This document shows, one piece after another, positions 1 through 8,929 of a DNA stretch of 64,000 nt. The position numbers and the translations under genes are program-made. The notes beneath the pieces are model-generated. The model made no database searches. It worked only from the letters and a program-made list of their open reading frames with translations, and had not been told where the DNA came from. How positions within the stretch are numbered: position 1 is the stretch's first letter; every line of letters begins with the position of its first letter. This stretch comes from an uncultured virus (IMG/VR IMGVR_UViG_3300044825_002216) (lineage: Duplodnaviria > Heunggongvirae > Uroviricota > Caudoviricetes): the IMG/VR virus record IMGVR_UViG_3300044825_002216. The stretch is one strand, 5' to 3'.

Positions 1-288
1 CCCAAGGTCGAGCCCAAGGTCGAGCCGCAGGCCGAGCCGCGGGCTGACCCGATGGACGAAGACCCGATGGAGCAGGCGGCGGGCAGCGCCTTGCCCGAAG
101 AGATCATGAAGTCGGAGAAGATGCGGCCCATCGTGAACTACCTCGCGGAGACGCTGGGCATGACCGACGCCGAGCAGGCCGGGGCGTGGGCGATCAAGCA
201 CAAGGACGACGTGCCCTTCTTGAAGGGGCTGCCGAACCCGGTCGAGCGGGTGAAGGTGGCCTTCAAGATGAAGCTCCAGGGCGGCTGA
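1..288 (+). CDS. hypothetical protein, 5'-truncated by window edge
   Basis: Frame is open from position 1 (PKVE-PKVE-PQAE-PRAD 12-bp repeats) through to the TGA ending at 288; strong GC3 codon bias. Confidence 0.75.
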   Translation, partial: PKVEPKVEPQAEPRADPMDEDPMEQAAGSALPEEIMKSEKMRPIVNYLAETLGMTDAEQAGAWAIKHKDDVPFLKGLPNPVERVKVAFKMKLQGG

Positions 289-433
289 GAGCTATGACCC
301 AGCCGCAGGTGGTCTAACGCCCACGCATCCCATGTTGGCTTCGCAGCGTGTGCGGGATGGAGTAACGGCGGCAGTGCGGGCCTTCGCTCCTTTCCGAAGG
401 TGACTGCATCGTCTGGCCCACGTCACGGGCTTT

Positions 434-509
434 GGGACCGTAGCTCAATTGGTTAGAGCCCCCGGCTGTGGACCGGGGAGTCAGGGTTCGAGCCCCTGCG
501 GCCCCACCA
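434..509 (+). tRNA. tRNA-His (GUG)
   Basis: Full cloverleaf: acceptor GGGACCG/CGGCCCC (one A-C mismatch), D arm GCTC/GAGC, anticodon stem CCCGG/CCGGG with GTG at 468-470, T arm CAGGG-TTCGAGC-CCCTG, encoded CCA. Confidence 0.95.
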
Positions 510-700
510 GCACAGGCCCCCTCGCGTCTCCCGCATGGTGCAGGAGCGCCCGTCGTTGACCCTCTTTCGGGGAGGGCGGGCGCCAGAAGGGCCTCGTCAG
601 CGAGTCGATGCGCTCGCACCTCAACAAGACCAAGTAGCAGGGCGCGGTACAGCCTACGAAACCGTAGGGCTGCAAGGCAGCCCTACCCTCCATCACAAAG
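510..700 (+). ncRNA. putative structured RNA downstream of tRNA-His
   Basis: Nested stems AGGCCC/GGGCCT, CGCCCG/CGGGCG, CCCTCT-TTCG-GGGAGGG, CCTACG-AAAC-CGTAGG; G-U wobbles favour the + strand; no credible ORF. Confidence 0.4.
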
Positions 701-709
701 GCCAGGGCA

Positions 710-1144
710 ATGAAGAAGTGGAGCGAGATTCGCGAGGGTACTTACGGCATCGAGACTGTCCTGCTCCGGCGGCTAGCAGACGCAGCCGCCGCCGCTGGCG
801 AGGATGCGTTGGAGCAGAGCATCAAGGTCGACGACCAGACCCAGGTGGCGAAGGAAGTCGCGTCGGCTCTGCTCGGCGCGCACGGTGAGATGGGCGCCCT
901 CATGGTTGTCGGCGCGATCCTCGCGACGATTCAAGAGTCGTCAGACACCAAGCTCGGTGAGCTGCTCGGCACCAAGCCGGACGGGACAGTGAACGAGCTG
1001 AGCCCCGCGCGGGACTTCGACGCGGCCCACCACGCGACGATGGAAGCCTTGAGCGGCCCCGCGTTCCACCTCGTGCAGAACATCTGGTCCGTGCTGCTCG
1101 TGCATCACCAGGCCAAGGCTGTCGCGGCGATCAGCGAGGAGTGA
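710..1144 (+). CDS. hypothetical protein
   Basis: 144-aa ORF with phage-like codon bias; stop overlaps the polymerase start (GTGA). Confidence 0.8.
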   Translation: MKKWSEIREGTYGIETVLLRRLADAAAAAGEDALEQSIKVDDQTQVAKEVASALLGAHGEMGALMVVGAILATIQESSDTKLGELLGTKPDGTVNELSPARDFDAAHHATMEALSGPAFHLVQNIWSVLLVHHQAKAVAAISEE

Positions 1145-3825
1145 TGCACACCGCGAAGATGTACCGGCATCTGCCGATCTCTCCGCTGTCCGACATGGAC
1201 ATGGAGCGGCTGGCGACAGACTCCAACTGTGCGCGGTGCTCGCTCGCGCTGGGAGCCAGCACGATCTGTATGGACGCAGAGCTCTCCAACACGACTGGCA
1301 AACCCGTCGAGGGTGATCCGGTCATGGCTCTGGTCTTGGACTACCCCAGCCGCAACGAGGACGCGACGGGGCGGCCGATGGTGGGCCAATCAGGGCAGCT
1401 CCTCCGCGATCTGGTGAAGAAGCACTGGAAGGGGAACGTCCTGATCGACAACGCCGTTCGGTGCTCTCCTGGCCGCACGGAGGTTGACGAGTCGAACGTG
1501 GATGCCTGCCGCCCGTATGGCGCGGATCGGCTTTCCGGGTTCAACGGGAGCATCGACCGCATCCTCACGATGGGGACGTGGGCAAGCTACTCAGTCCTGG
1601 GGTTCAAGGTACCCACGCTATCCGCGAGGGGCGGATACGGCTGGTACTTGGACGAGTCCAAGATCGAGCAGGGTATGCGAGCGGCGCTCGTGCCCGTGTA
1701 CATCTTGCCGAACCCCACGGCAGCCTTGCGCAATCACTTCCTGCGCAAGGACTTCGTATCGGACTTCGAGTACGCGGCTACGCGCCCGACTCCAGCGTTC
1801 GACGTGATCGACGCTCAGATCAAGCTGGTCGAGGATTGCAACGACGCAGTGGATTTCGTTGCGTGGGCGCACCAGCAGTCGGCGGTCGCGTTCGACACCG
1901 AGACCGCCGGGAAGATGCACAACCGCAACTTCCGGGTGCACGCGGTCAGCTTCGCTTCGCCAGACGACCCCTCCGTCGTGTGGGTGTTCGGTCGCAAAGC
2001 CCTGAGCGATCCGAAGGTCGTCGCGTGGCTCAAGCACATCTTGGAGAACGAAGACATCTCCAAGATCGGGCACAACATCAAGTACGACATGCTGGCGATG
2101 TGGTGCGCGTTCCGCATCCAGACCCAAGCAGTCGACCTGCACGACACCCGCCTGATCCGCAAGCTCTTGGAGGCGACCATCGACGGTGGCCTCGACGTAG
2201 CTGCAACGCTCGTCGGGATGGGCGGCCACAAGCGCGAAGCGAACGACGCGATCAAGGCCATCCGAAAAGACCTGGCAGCGCTCGCAGGGGAGGCGAATCG
2301 TAAGCCGCTCGCCTCGGGCAAACCGAGAGCCCCGGTGAAGACCGCGTACCTCGATCGTGCGGAGGTGGAGAACAGCCACCTCGAAGAGATCAGGGCCGGG
2401 GAGGATACCTGGACGTTCGCCTACGGGTATCTGCCGGACGACATCCTGCACCGATACAACGCGATGGACGCCATGGCGACGGCGATGCTCTTCTCGCGCG
2501 TCCTACCCAGGATCACCGCACTGCCTGGGCGGCTCGCCGTCTACAACGAAGTCTCGATGACTGCCGTACGGGCGTTGTTCGAGATGGAGAAGTGGGGGCT
2601 CAAGCTCGACACGATGGCCGTACAGCAGTTCAGCATGTACCTGAACATGAAGCTGGACGCGATCGACGCGCGCTTGAAGGTCTACGGCGAGGTCAACTTC
2701 GACTCGCCGAAGCAGCTCGCAGAGCTGCTGTACGACAAGCTCGGACTGACCGAGCCGAAGAACTCCCGCACCGCGAGTGGGCAGCGCGGCACGGGCGAAG
2801 AGGTGCTGCTCCAGCTCGCCTCCCAGCACAAGATCGTCCGAGACATCCTCGAACGTCGCACGCTGGTGAAGCTCAAGGGGACGTACGCGGACCCGCTGAT
2901 CCGGTACCGCCGAGACGACGGGCGCGTTCACTCGACGACGCTCACGGACGGCGCGGAGTCGGGTCGCTTGTCGAGCCAAGACCCGAACATGCAGAACGCA
3001 CCCTCTCCCGACCGGGATGAGGAGGGTGGCGAGCAGTACGGGCACATGAGCCGCGACTGCTACGTGGCCGAGGATGGCTTCATCTTCTTGGAGGTAGACA
3101 CCAAGCAGCAGGAGGCTCGCGTTGCAGCGAAGCTCTCTGGCGATGATGTCCTTCTAGGCTGCTTTTCCTCTGGCGAAGACATCCACCGCACCACCGCTTC
3201 GGTGGTCTATGGGATCGCGCCAGGGAATGTCACGAAGAAGCAGCGGTCGGATTGTAAGACCGTGTTCTTCGGCCTACTGTACGGCAAGACGGACTACGGG
3301 CTGGCCAAGCAGCTCGGGATCACCGACAAAGAGGCGGCCCGTATCCGTGGGGTCATCCTCGGGCGCTTCAAGAAGCTCGCCCGATGGTGCTTGAAACAGG
3401 TTGAGTTCGGCCGCGAGCACGGCGGCGTCTTCACTTGGTGGAACGGGCACGCAGAAGCGCGTTGGCGCCCGCTCTACGGCATCGCTGCCCAAGGCGACGA
3501 AGGCAAGGGGCAGCGGTTCAACGCGGAGAACAGCACAGTCAACACGCCCATTCAGGGTCTCGCCGGGGACATCGTAACGGCGAGTCTGTGGAAGCTGGTG
3601 TGCGCGCTCCGCGAGGAGCGGATCGAGGCCCGGCTCGTGAACACGGTGCACGACTCAATGATGGTCGAGGTTCGCATCGGCCAGGAGCTCGCAGCGGCTC
3701 GCGTGATGAAGGCGGCCATCCTCTCGCAAAACTGCGAGGGTGTAGACCTAGACGTGGACTTCAAGAAAGGCGCGTCGTGGGGCTCGATGGCTGAGTGGAA
3801 GCCGAACTTTTCGGAGGCAGCGTGA
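1141..3825 (+). CDS. family A DNA polymerase with N-terminal uracil-DNA glycosylase family 4-like domain and 3'-5' exonuclease
   Basis: UDG4-like CARC...EDATGRPMVGQSGQLL...NAVRC..; Exo I FDTET, Exo II GHNIKYD, Exo III YNAMD; SGRLSSQDPNMQN; motif A DTKQQEAR, motif B RSDCKTVFFGLLYG, NTPIQG, motif C VHDS. Confidence 0.95.
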   Translation: MMHTAKMYRHLPISPLSDMDMERLATDSNCARCSLALGASTICMDAELSNTTGKPVEGDPVMALVLDYPSRNEDATGRPMVGQSGQLLRDLVKKHWKGNVLIDNAVRCSPGRTEVDESNVDACRPYGADRLSGFNGSIDRILTMGTWASYSVLGFKVPTLSARGGYGWYLDESKIEQGMRAALVPVYILPNPTAALRNHFLRKDFVSDFEYAATRPTPAFDVIDAQIKLVEDCNDAVDFVAWAHQQSAVAFDTETAGKMHNRNFRVHAVSFASPDDPSVVWVFGRKALSDPKVVAWLKHILENEDISKIGHNIKYDMLAMWCAFRIQTQAVDLHDTRLIRKLLEATIDGGLDVAATLVGMGGHKREANDAIKAIRKDLAALAGEANRKPLASGKPRAPVKTAYLDRAEVENSHLEEIRAGEDTWTFAYGYLPDDILHRYNAMDAMATAMLFSRVLPRITALPGRLAVYNEVSMTAVRALFEMEKWGLKLDTMAVQQFSMYLNMKLDAIDARLKVYGEVNFDSPKQLAELLYDKLGLTEPKNSRTASGQRGTGEEVLLQLASQHKIVRDILERRTLVKLKGTYADPLIRYRRDDGRVHSTTLTDGAESGRLSSQDPNMQNAPSPDRDEEGGEQYGHMSRDCYVAEDGFIFLEVDTKQQEARVAAKLSGDDVLLGCFSSGEDIHRTTASVVYGIAPGNVTKKQRSDCKTVFFGLLYGKTDYGLAKQLGITDKEAARIRGVILGRFKKLARWCLKQVEFGREHGGVFTWWNGHAEARWRPLYGIAAQGDEGKGQRFNAENSTVNTPIQGLAGDIVTASLWKLVCALREERIEARLVNTVHDSMMVEVRIGQELAAARVMKAAILSQNCEGVDLDVDFKKGASWGSMAEWKPNFSEAA

Positions 3826-3841
3826 CCAAGGAGCCTAGCCG

Positions 3842-4135
3842 ATGAAGGTTCCCGAGGGCGTCGAGTACGACTACAGGGCTGGGCAAGTTCCCGGCGCAGA
3901 ACTCATCGCAGCGTACATGAGCCTGCACCCCGGATGGACGTGCAGGGGTGTGGACGACGACGCGAACGCCATCGGCGCTACGTGGATCGAGACCTGGGAA
4001 GGTAAGGTCGTGGCGAGCGCCTCTTACACGAAGGACCAGAGCAAGGCTCTCGGTCTTCGGGGGCTCATGTACGCCCGGACCTTCGTAGCCGTCTCGGTTG
4101 CAGAAGGGTTCGCGATGCTCGCGGGTACGGCGTGA
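3842..4135 (+). CDS. hypothetical protein
   Basis: 97-aa ORF preceded by AAGGAG; coupled to the next gene. Confidence 0.7.
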   Translation: MKVPEGVEYDYRAGQVPGAELIAAYMSLHPGWTCRGVDDDANAIGATWIETWEGKVVASASYTKDQSKALGLRGLMYARTFVAVSVAEGFAMLAGTA

Positions 4136-4635
4136 GCCGTAGGGTCTGGAACATCGACTCCACTCAAATCGAGGAGGAGTTCATTCGGCTGCCGGGAGAC
4201 CTAGCAAGTCTCTCGGAGCTGCACGTCGAAGCGGCAGAGTCCGCTGAGTATGCAGACCTGGCCCTAGAGATTCTGGAGGCCAGAGCCACCGCCGAGATTC
4301 GAGAGCACGCGAAGCTGATGGGCGACAACGCCACGGTCAACTTCCTGTCCTCGAAGCTCAAGCTGCGCCCCGATTGGCAGAGCGCAAAGAGGGAATCCAT
4401 CGCAAGGCGTGCCGAAGAGGCCAGAGCGAAAGCAATGGTCAACGCGGTCATCGCGAAGCGTGAGATGCTCATTTCGTTGGGCGCCCACATCCGAGCTCAA
4501 CTCATGGGCGACCCAACCACCCGAGCGAAGGGGTCGATCAGTCGATCCAGCCGCAAGGGATCGTTCGAGGATCACGATTGGTCCTCGGACACGAACCATC
4601 ACGACGGAAGTAGAGACGACGATGAACCGACCTAA
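4132..4635 (+). CDS. coiled-coil recombination mediator (UvsY-like), putative
   Basis: All-helical profile with IEEEFIRLP...KREMLISLG pattern; lies immediately upstream of the SSB. Confidence 0.5.
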   Translation: MSRRVWNIDSTQIEEEFIRLPGDLASLSELHVEAAESAEYADLALEILEARATAEIREHAKLMGDNATVNFLSSKLKLRPDWQSAKRESIARRAEEARAKAMVNAVIAKREMLISLGAHIRAQLMGDPTTRAKGSISRSSRKGSFEDHDWSSDTNHHDGSRDDDEPT

Positions 4636-5482
4636 GAGCACGGACCCGATGGACGATCCCATGGACAACCCGATCGACGACGGGGACGATTCCCGCTACG
4701 ACGATCCGGGGGCGGGGGAGAACCACAAGGGCAGCCGTACGGGCGTGGCGCTGTGGGGAGACTTCGACGACGAGTCGGCGCGCGAGCAGGCCGACCGCGA
4801 CGAGAAGGACCGCGGCGTCGGCAAGTTCCTCAAGCTCAAGGAGGGCAAGACCATCCTGCGCGTGCTGCCCCCGGCACGCGGAGAGAAGGTTCCCTTCAAG
4901 ACGGTGTGGGAGCACAACCTGAAGCTGCCGGGTGGCAACGTCGCGTTCGCCTGCCCGCGCAACAACTTCAAGCTGCCCTGCCCTGCTTGCCAGCAGGAGT
5001 CCAAGCTCAAGCAGGAGGGCATGGACGAGCGCGCCAAGGGCTTCCGAGCCAAGAAGCGCTACTACGCGAACGTCATCGTTCGCGGTGAAGAAGAGCTCGG
5101 CCCCCGCATCTGGGGCTTCGGCGCGATGATCGAGGAAGACCTCATGTCGATCCGCAACGACGGCGGCGTGAACTTCTCGCACCCCATCTCGGGCGTCGAT
5201 CTGATCGTGACCCGCAAGGGCACGGGTGAGAACGACACCGAATACAAGGTGATCGCGAACCCCAAGGGCCCCACGCCGCTTGCCTCCGACGAGGTGATGC
5301 AAGAGCTCGCGGAGTCGATGCACGATCTGGGGTCGATCGTCCGCACGAAGACCGCTTCGGAGATCATCGACGCCATCGCGGGTCGCGTGAGCAACGACCG
5401 CGGCGGCAACCGGCTGGGCAGCGGTGAGCAGCCCAGGGGCGGCGGGGCCGCCGCGCAGCTCCGTAACAGCAACCGCCGGTAG
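4622..5482 (+). CDS. single-stranded DNA-binding protein, T4 gp32-like
   Basis: FLKLKEGKTILRVLPP, H...CPR...CPAC zinc site, KRYYANVIVR, IWGFG, DLIVTRKGTG..TEY; start moved to ATG 4622. Confidence 0.8.
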   Translation: MNRPKSTDPMDDPMDNPIDDGDDSRYDDPGAGENHKGSRTGVALWGDFDDESAREQADRDEKDRGVGKFLKLKEGKTILRVLPPARGEKVPFKTVWEHNLKLPGGNVAFACPRNNFKLPCPACQQESKLKQEGMDERAKGFRAKKRYYANVIVRGEEELGPRIWGFGAMIEEDLMSIRNDGGVNFSHPISGVDLIVTRKGTGENDTEYKVIANPKGPTPLASDEVMQELAESMHDLGSIVRTKTASEIIDAIAGRVSNDRGGNRLGSGEQPRGGGAAAQLRNSNRR

Positions 5483-5493
5483 TCCGGCTGGTT

Positions 5494-5545
5494 TCCGCGG
5501 CCTGGCGGTGGCCGAGTTCGGGTTCGATTCCCGACCGCGGAGCAA
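5494..5545 (+). ncRNA. tRNA-like mini-element (acceptor stem plus T arm, no full D or anticodon arms)
   Basis: TCCGCGG (5494-5500) pairs with CCGCGGA (5535-5541); canonical T arm TCGGG-TTCGATT-CCCGA; only 17 nt between acceptor 5' strand and T arm. Confidence 0.55.
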
Positions 5546-5556
5546 GGAGTAACAGG

Positions 5557-6867
5557 ATGAGCGCGACTTTGGATGCGTTCGCGTTCTGCGCGGACGTGCA
5601 TCTGGGCAACATGCGGTCGTACGCGAAGCCCTGGTTGGGCTCTCTCAACTCTCGGGCGAAGCACTCCCTCGATAGCCTCACTTGGTTTCTAGGGAGCTGT
5701 GTTCACAGCAAGACGCCCGTAATCTGCGGAGACCTGTTCGACTACCCGAACCCAGAAGCGATGCTGCTGGCGAAGGTCGCGGGCATTCGGGGGATGAATA
5801 ACTCCATCCAGCTCCTCGGGAACCACGACCAGCACAGCAAGGAAGTGGGGGACAACGCTCTATCGGCTCTCCGCGTCGGTCGCGCCATTACGGAGCCGAA
5901 AGTCGTAGGCGCACGCCTAGCACTGGTGCCGTTCGAGCCGGGAGTAGCGCCCGCAGAGCTCATCGAGCGGGCGCTGAAAGGTAATCCGATCCCCACGACG
6001 ACCTACTCGCCGAGGTTCATGGCGATCCACGCTGGCATTGCCGACGCTGGGACGCCTGAGTTCATGCTCCACAAGAAGGACGAGTACATCCAAGTCAGCG
6101 ACTTGGTGGACTTGATGGAGCAGTACGACATCGACACCTGCTTCGCGGGCAACTGGCATGAGCCGCGGTCGTGGAAGATGAACCCGAGTGGCAAGCCGCG
6201 GCGGGTGATCCAGTGCGGCGCGTTGTGCCCGACGGGGTTCGACAACGAGGGCCTGCTCTACGGACTCTCGTACACCACGCAAAGGACCGACAAGTGGACT
6301 CGCACGGCGGACGCGCCGACGATGATCCTGACGCGCGGGCCGCGATTCCTCACTCTCCGACAGGATGAGCCGATCCTGCTGCGCGTGATCGAGGCGTACT
6401 CCCGCATCCTCACGCTCGACGAGCACTGCCGTGGTCTGTCCGCGCTGAGCGGGCCGCACGACTGGCCGAGGCAGTCAGTGTTGGCTCTTGGGCCCAAGAC
6501 CATGTACTCGGGGCTGTGCCTCTCGGACTTCGCATCGGCCCTGTATGTCAACGTGAAGGTCGACCCTCGGTCGAGCATCGCCAAGATTCGCTCGGATGCT
6601 GAGGACACCATCAACACAGCGCTCTCGCTGCACCCTGCATCCCGCCGCAGATACAACCCAGACGGGGTGCTGGAGTATTTGAGCGTCACGCCCGACGCAA
6701 AGGCGCAGGAGCGGACGCACGAAGACGCAACGCGCAAAGCGCTGCACGACTCCCGCGGGTTTCGCGAGCGCGTCGAGACCTACTTGGACTCGATGGAAGT
6801 CCCCGAGGGCGTGGACCGCGGCGTAGTGCTCGGCAAGGTGATGCACTTTCTCAACAGAGGTACCTGA
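5557..6867 (+). CDS. Mre11/SbcD-like metallophosphoesterase nuclease
   Basis: DVHLG, GDLFD, GNHD, HAG and GNWH motifs; Rad50-like partner downstream. Confidence 0.9.
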   Translation: MSATLDAFAFCADVHLGNMRSYAKPWLGSLNSRAKHSLDSLTWFLGSCVHSKTPVICGDLFDYPNPEAMLLAKVAGIRGMNNSIQLLGNHDQHSKEVGDNALSALRVGRAITEPKVVGARLALVPFEPGVAPAELIERALKGNPIPTTTYSPRFMAIHAGIADAGTPEFMLHKKDEYIQVSDLVDLMEQYDIDTCFAGNWHEPRSWKMNPSGKPRRVIQCGALCPTGFDNEGLLYGLSYTTQRTDKWTRTADAPTMILTRGPRFLTLRQDEPILLRVIEAYSRILTLDEHCRGLSALSGPHDWPRQSVLALGPKTMYSGLCLSDFASALYVNVKVDPRSSIAKIRSDAEDTINTALSLHPASRRRYNPDGVLEYLSVTPDAKAQERTHEDATRKALHDSRGFRERVETYLDSMEVPEGVDRGVVLGKVMHFLNRGT

Positions 6868-7277
6868 TGCCCTTCATCGTTGCGCCGACCACGCTCTTGA
6901 ACTCGACCAGCACAGTTTACTCGTACCGTGGTGTCGACATGAACACGCAGAAAGCCAAGCGGGAGACCGTGTACGAAGAGACTTTCCAGTACGGGGAGCG
7001 CAACTGGCGCGACCCTGATTGGATGTTCGAGACTGTGACGCACGCCCAGGCGTTGAACTGGCTGGAGACCATCGAATCTGCGGGGGCCGAAGTCATCGGA
7101 CGGTGGGGAGCGAACTTCGCCGTCAACGCACGAGCCTGGGTCGCCAAGGCGGAAGCCATGGGACAGACCGAGAGCATCTTCACGGGCAAGCACCTCGTCG
7201 TCATGCACATCCTGATGAACAAGATCAGCAAGAAGGTCAGCGCAGAAGTGCTCCAGATGATGAAGGACGTGACGTGA
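6867..7277 (+). CDS. hypothetical protein
   Basis: 136-aa ORF with TGATG overlap to the nuclease and GTGA overlap to the ATPase. Confidence 0.7.
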   Translation: MPFIVAPTTLLNSTSTVYSYRGVDMNTQKAKRETVYEETFQYGERNWRDPDWMFETVTHAQALNWLETIESAGAEVIGRWGANFAVNARAWVAKAEAMGQTESIFTGKHLVVMHILMNKISKKVSAEVLQMMKDVT

Positions 7278-8929
7278 AGGGGCTGTCGATCCAGTCGATT
7301 CAGATGACCGGGTTCTCCAAGCACAACGAGTCCTGCATCGACCTTCCCAAGAACGGCGTGGTGCTCGTCACGGGGCCAAACGGCTCTGGCAAGAGCTCGA
7401 TGATCGACGCAGTGGGCGTCGCCTTCTGGAACGAGCACGTTCGAGGAGTGCCTCTGTGGCGTGCGAAAGCTGCGGGGGCGGTGACGGTTCTCGCAGATGG
7501 GATCGTCGTCGAGCGGGAACGGACCCCTTCGGGTTCGGGGAAGCTCTCGTGGTCGCAGGGCAACGACCCCCCGACGCAATTCGAGTCGATGACGAAAGCG
7601 CAAACGCAGCTCGGCGTCCTTGTGGGGCCCTACGAGCAGTGGCGCCGTACTCACGTCTTGTGCGCGGAGGATGGGGAATCGTTCACCCGCGCGTCCGACT
7701 CTGCTCGCAAGGAGCTCTTGGAGCAGATGCTCGGTGTCCACGGCTTCGAGGACGCGATCGAGCGGACGACAGAGGCCCGCAGGCAGGCCGACAAACAGGC
7801 CGCGGCTGCGCTTGTGCTGATCGACGCCTCCGAGAAGGGCATGGACTCTACCCAGACCCTCATCGACAAGATTCCGAAGCCAACCGGGAGCGCGTCAGAA
7901 AGCCTGGTAGCTGTGGATGCTCGGCGGGAGGAGCTGCACAAGGTTCAGAAGCTCGTCGAGTTTCGCCGGGAGCTCGTAGTCGAGTACCGAGGGCGTCTAC
8001 GGGATGCGGAGAGCGCTCTCTCGAAGGCGACCGGGCTCAAGCTCGCGCACGAGGAAGCTAAGCCTGTCCGTCAGGATGCCTGTCGGGAGTGCGGACAGGC
8101 GATTCCGCCGGGGGACTTCGCTCAACAGATCGAGGGGTGGGAGTCCAAGCACCGTTTGCTCAGTGCGGCAGAGCTCAAGGCCGAAGCCAGGGCAGAAGGC
8201 GCTGGCAAGGAGCTCGAAACAGCCGTTGCGAACGAGCGACTGGCGCGTGCCGAGGCCGATAACGTCACGACGGCCTTCTCGAAGGCTCAAGCGGCCTATC
8301 AGTCAGAGCTGGACAACGAGCGGCACGCGAAAGCGTGGAAGGGACTGGTCGATGCGTGGTGGGCGCATAGCGAATCCCGCGACAAGGCCACTCTCGACGC
8401 GCAGAAAGCGGAGCAAGAGCTCGCGGTTCTGCACGCCGTGCGTCAGGTACTCGGGCCGAACGGCATTCGGTCCGTGATGCTCTCCGATGCGCTGGCCTGG
8501 CTGACAGACCTGTCGAACGGATGGCTCCAGAAGATCAGCCAGCGCAACCCGCTGCGGGTTTCCATCGAGCCCTACGCCGAGCGCGCGGGGGGCGGGGTTC
8601 GCAACGCGGTCACGATCAAGGTCTCGACTCCGGGGGGCGTCTACAAGGGCTGCTCCAAGGGGGAGCAGAAGCGTCTGGACGTTGCGATCCTGCTCGGCAT
8701 CGCCGAGATGTCGCAGTCCATGCTCGGCATCGAGCCGGGGACGATGTTCGTGGACGAGATCGTCGACGGTCTGGACGACGAGGGCGTCGAAGCCGTCTGC
8801 AAAGCGCTGAATGAGATGGCGCGTACCCGGTGCGTCGTGGTGATCTCCCACAATGAGCGGGTGTACCGGGCGCTGAAAGCGTCCCGGCACCTTCACGTTG
8901 AGGATGGTGAGGTGACCGAGTGCAGATGA
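7274..8929 (+). CDS. Rad50/SbcC-like SMC ATPase
   Basis: Walker A GPNGSGKS, central CREC zinc hook within coiled coil, signature CSKGE, Walker B FVDE, ISH loop; GTG start 7274. Confidence 0.93.
   Translation: MKGLSIQSIQMTGFSKHNESCIDLPKNGVVLVTGPNGSGKSSMIDAVGVAFWNEHVRGVPLWRAKAAGAVTVLADGIVVERERTPSGSGKLSWSQGNDPPTQFESMTKAQTQLGVLVGPYEQWRRTHVLCAEDGESFTRASDSARKELLEQMLGVHGFEDAIERTTEARRQADKQAAAALVLIDASEKGMDSTQTLIDKIPKPTGSASESLVAVDARREELHKVQKLVEFRRELVVEYRGRLRDAESALSKATGLKLAHEEAKPVRQDACRECGQAIPPGDFAQQIEGWESKHRLLSAAELKAEARAEGAGKELETAVANERLARAEADNVTTAFSKAQAAYQSELDNERHAKAWKGLVDAWWAHSESRDKATLDAQKAEQELAVLHAVRQVLGPNGIRSVMLSDALAWLTDLSNGWLQKISQRNPLRVSIEPYAERAGGGVRNAVTIKVSTPGGVYKGCSKGEQKRLDVAILLGIAEMSQSMLGIEPGTMFVDEIVDGLDDEGVEAVCKALNEMARTRCVVVISHNERVYRALKASRHLHVEDGEVTECR

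Noticed and set aside
314..888. Several 70-117-aa ORFs over the tRNA region
   Set aside because: They overlap a clear tRNA and structured RNA, with no SD or codon bias
5494..5545. Calling this element a functional tRNA gene
   Set aside because: No anticodon arm and no encoded CCA; kept only as a tRNA-like element
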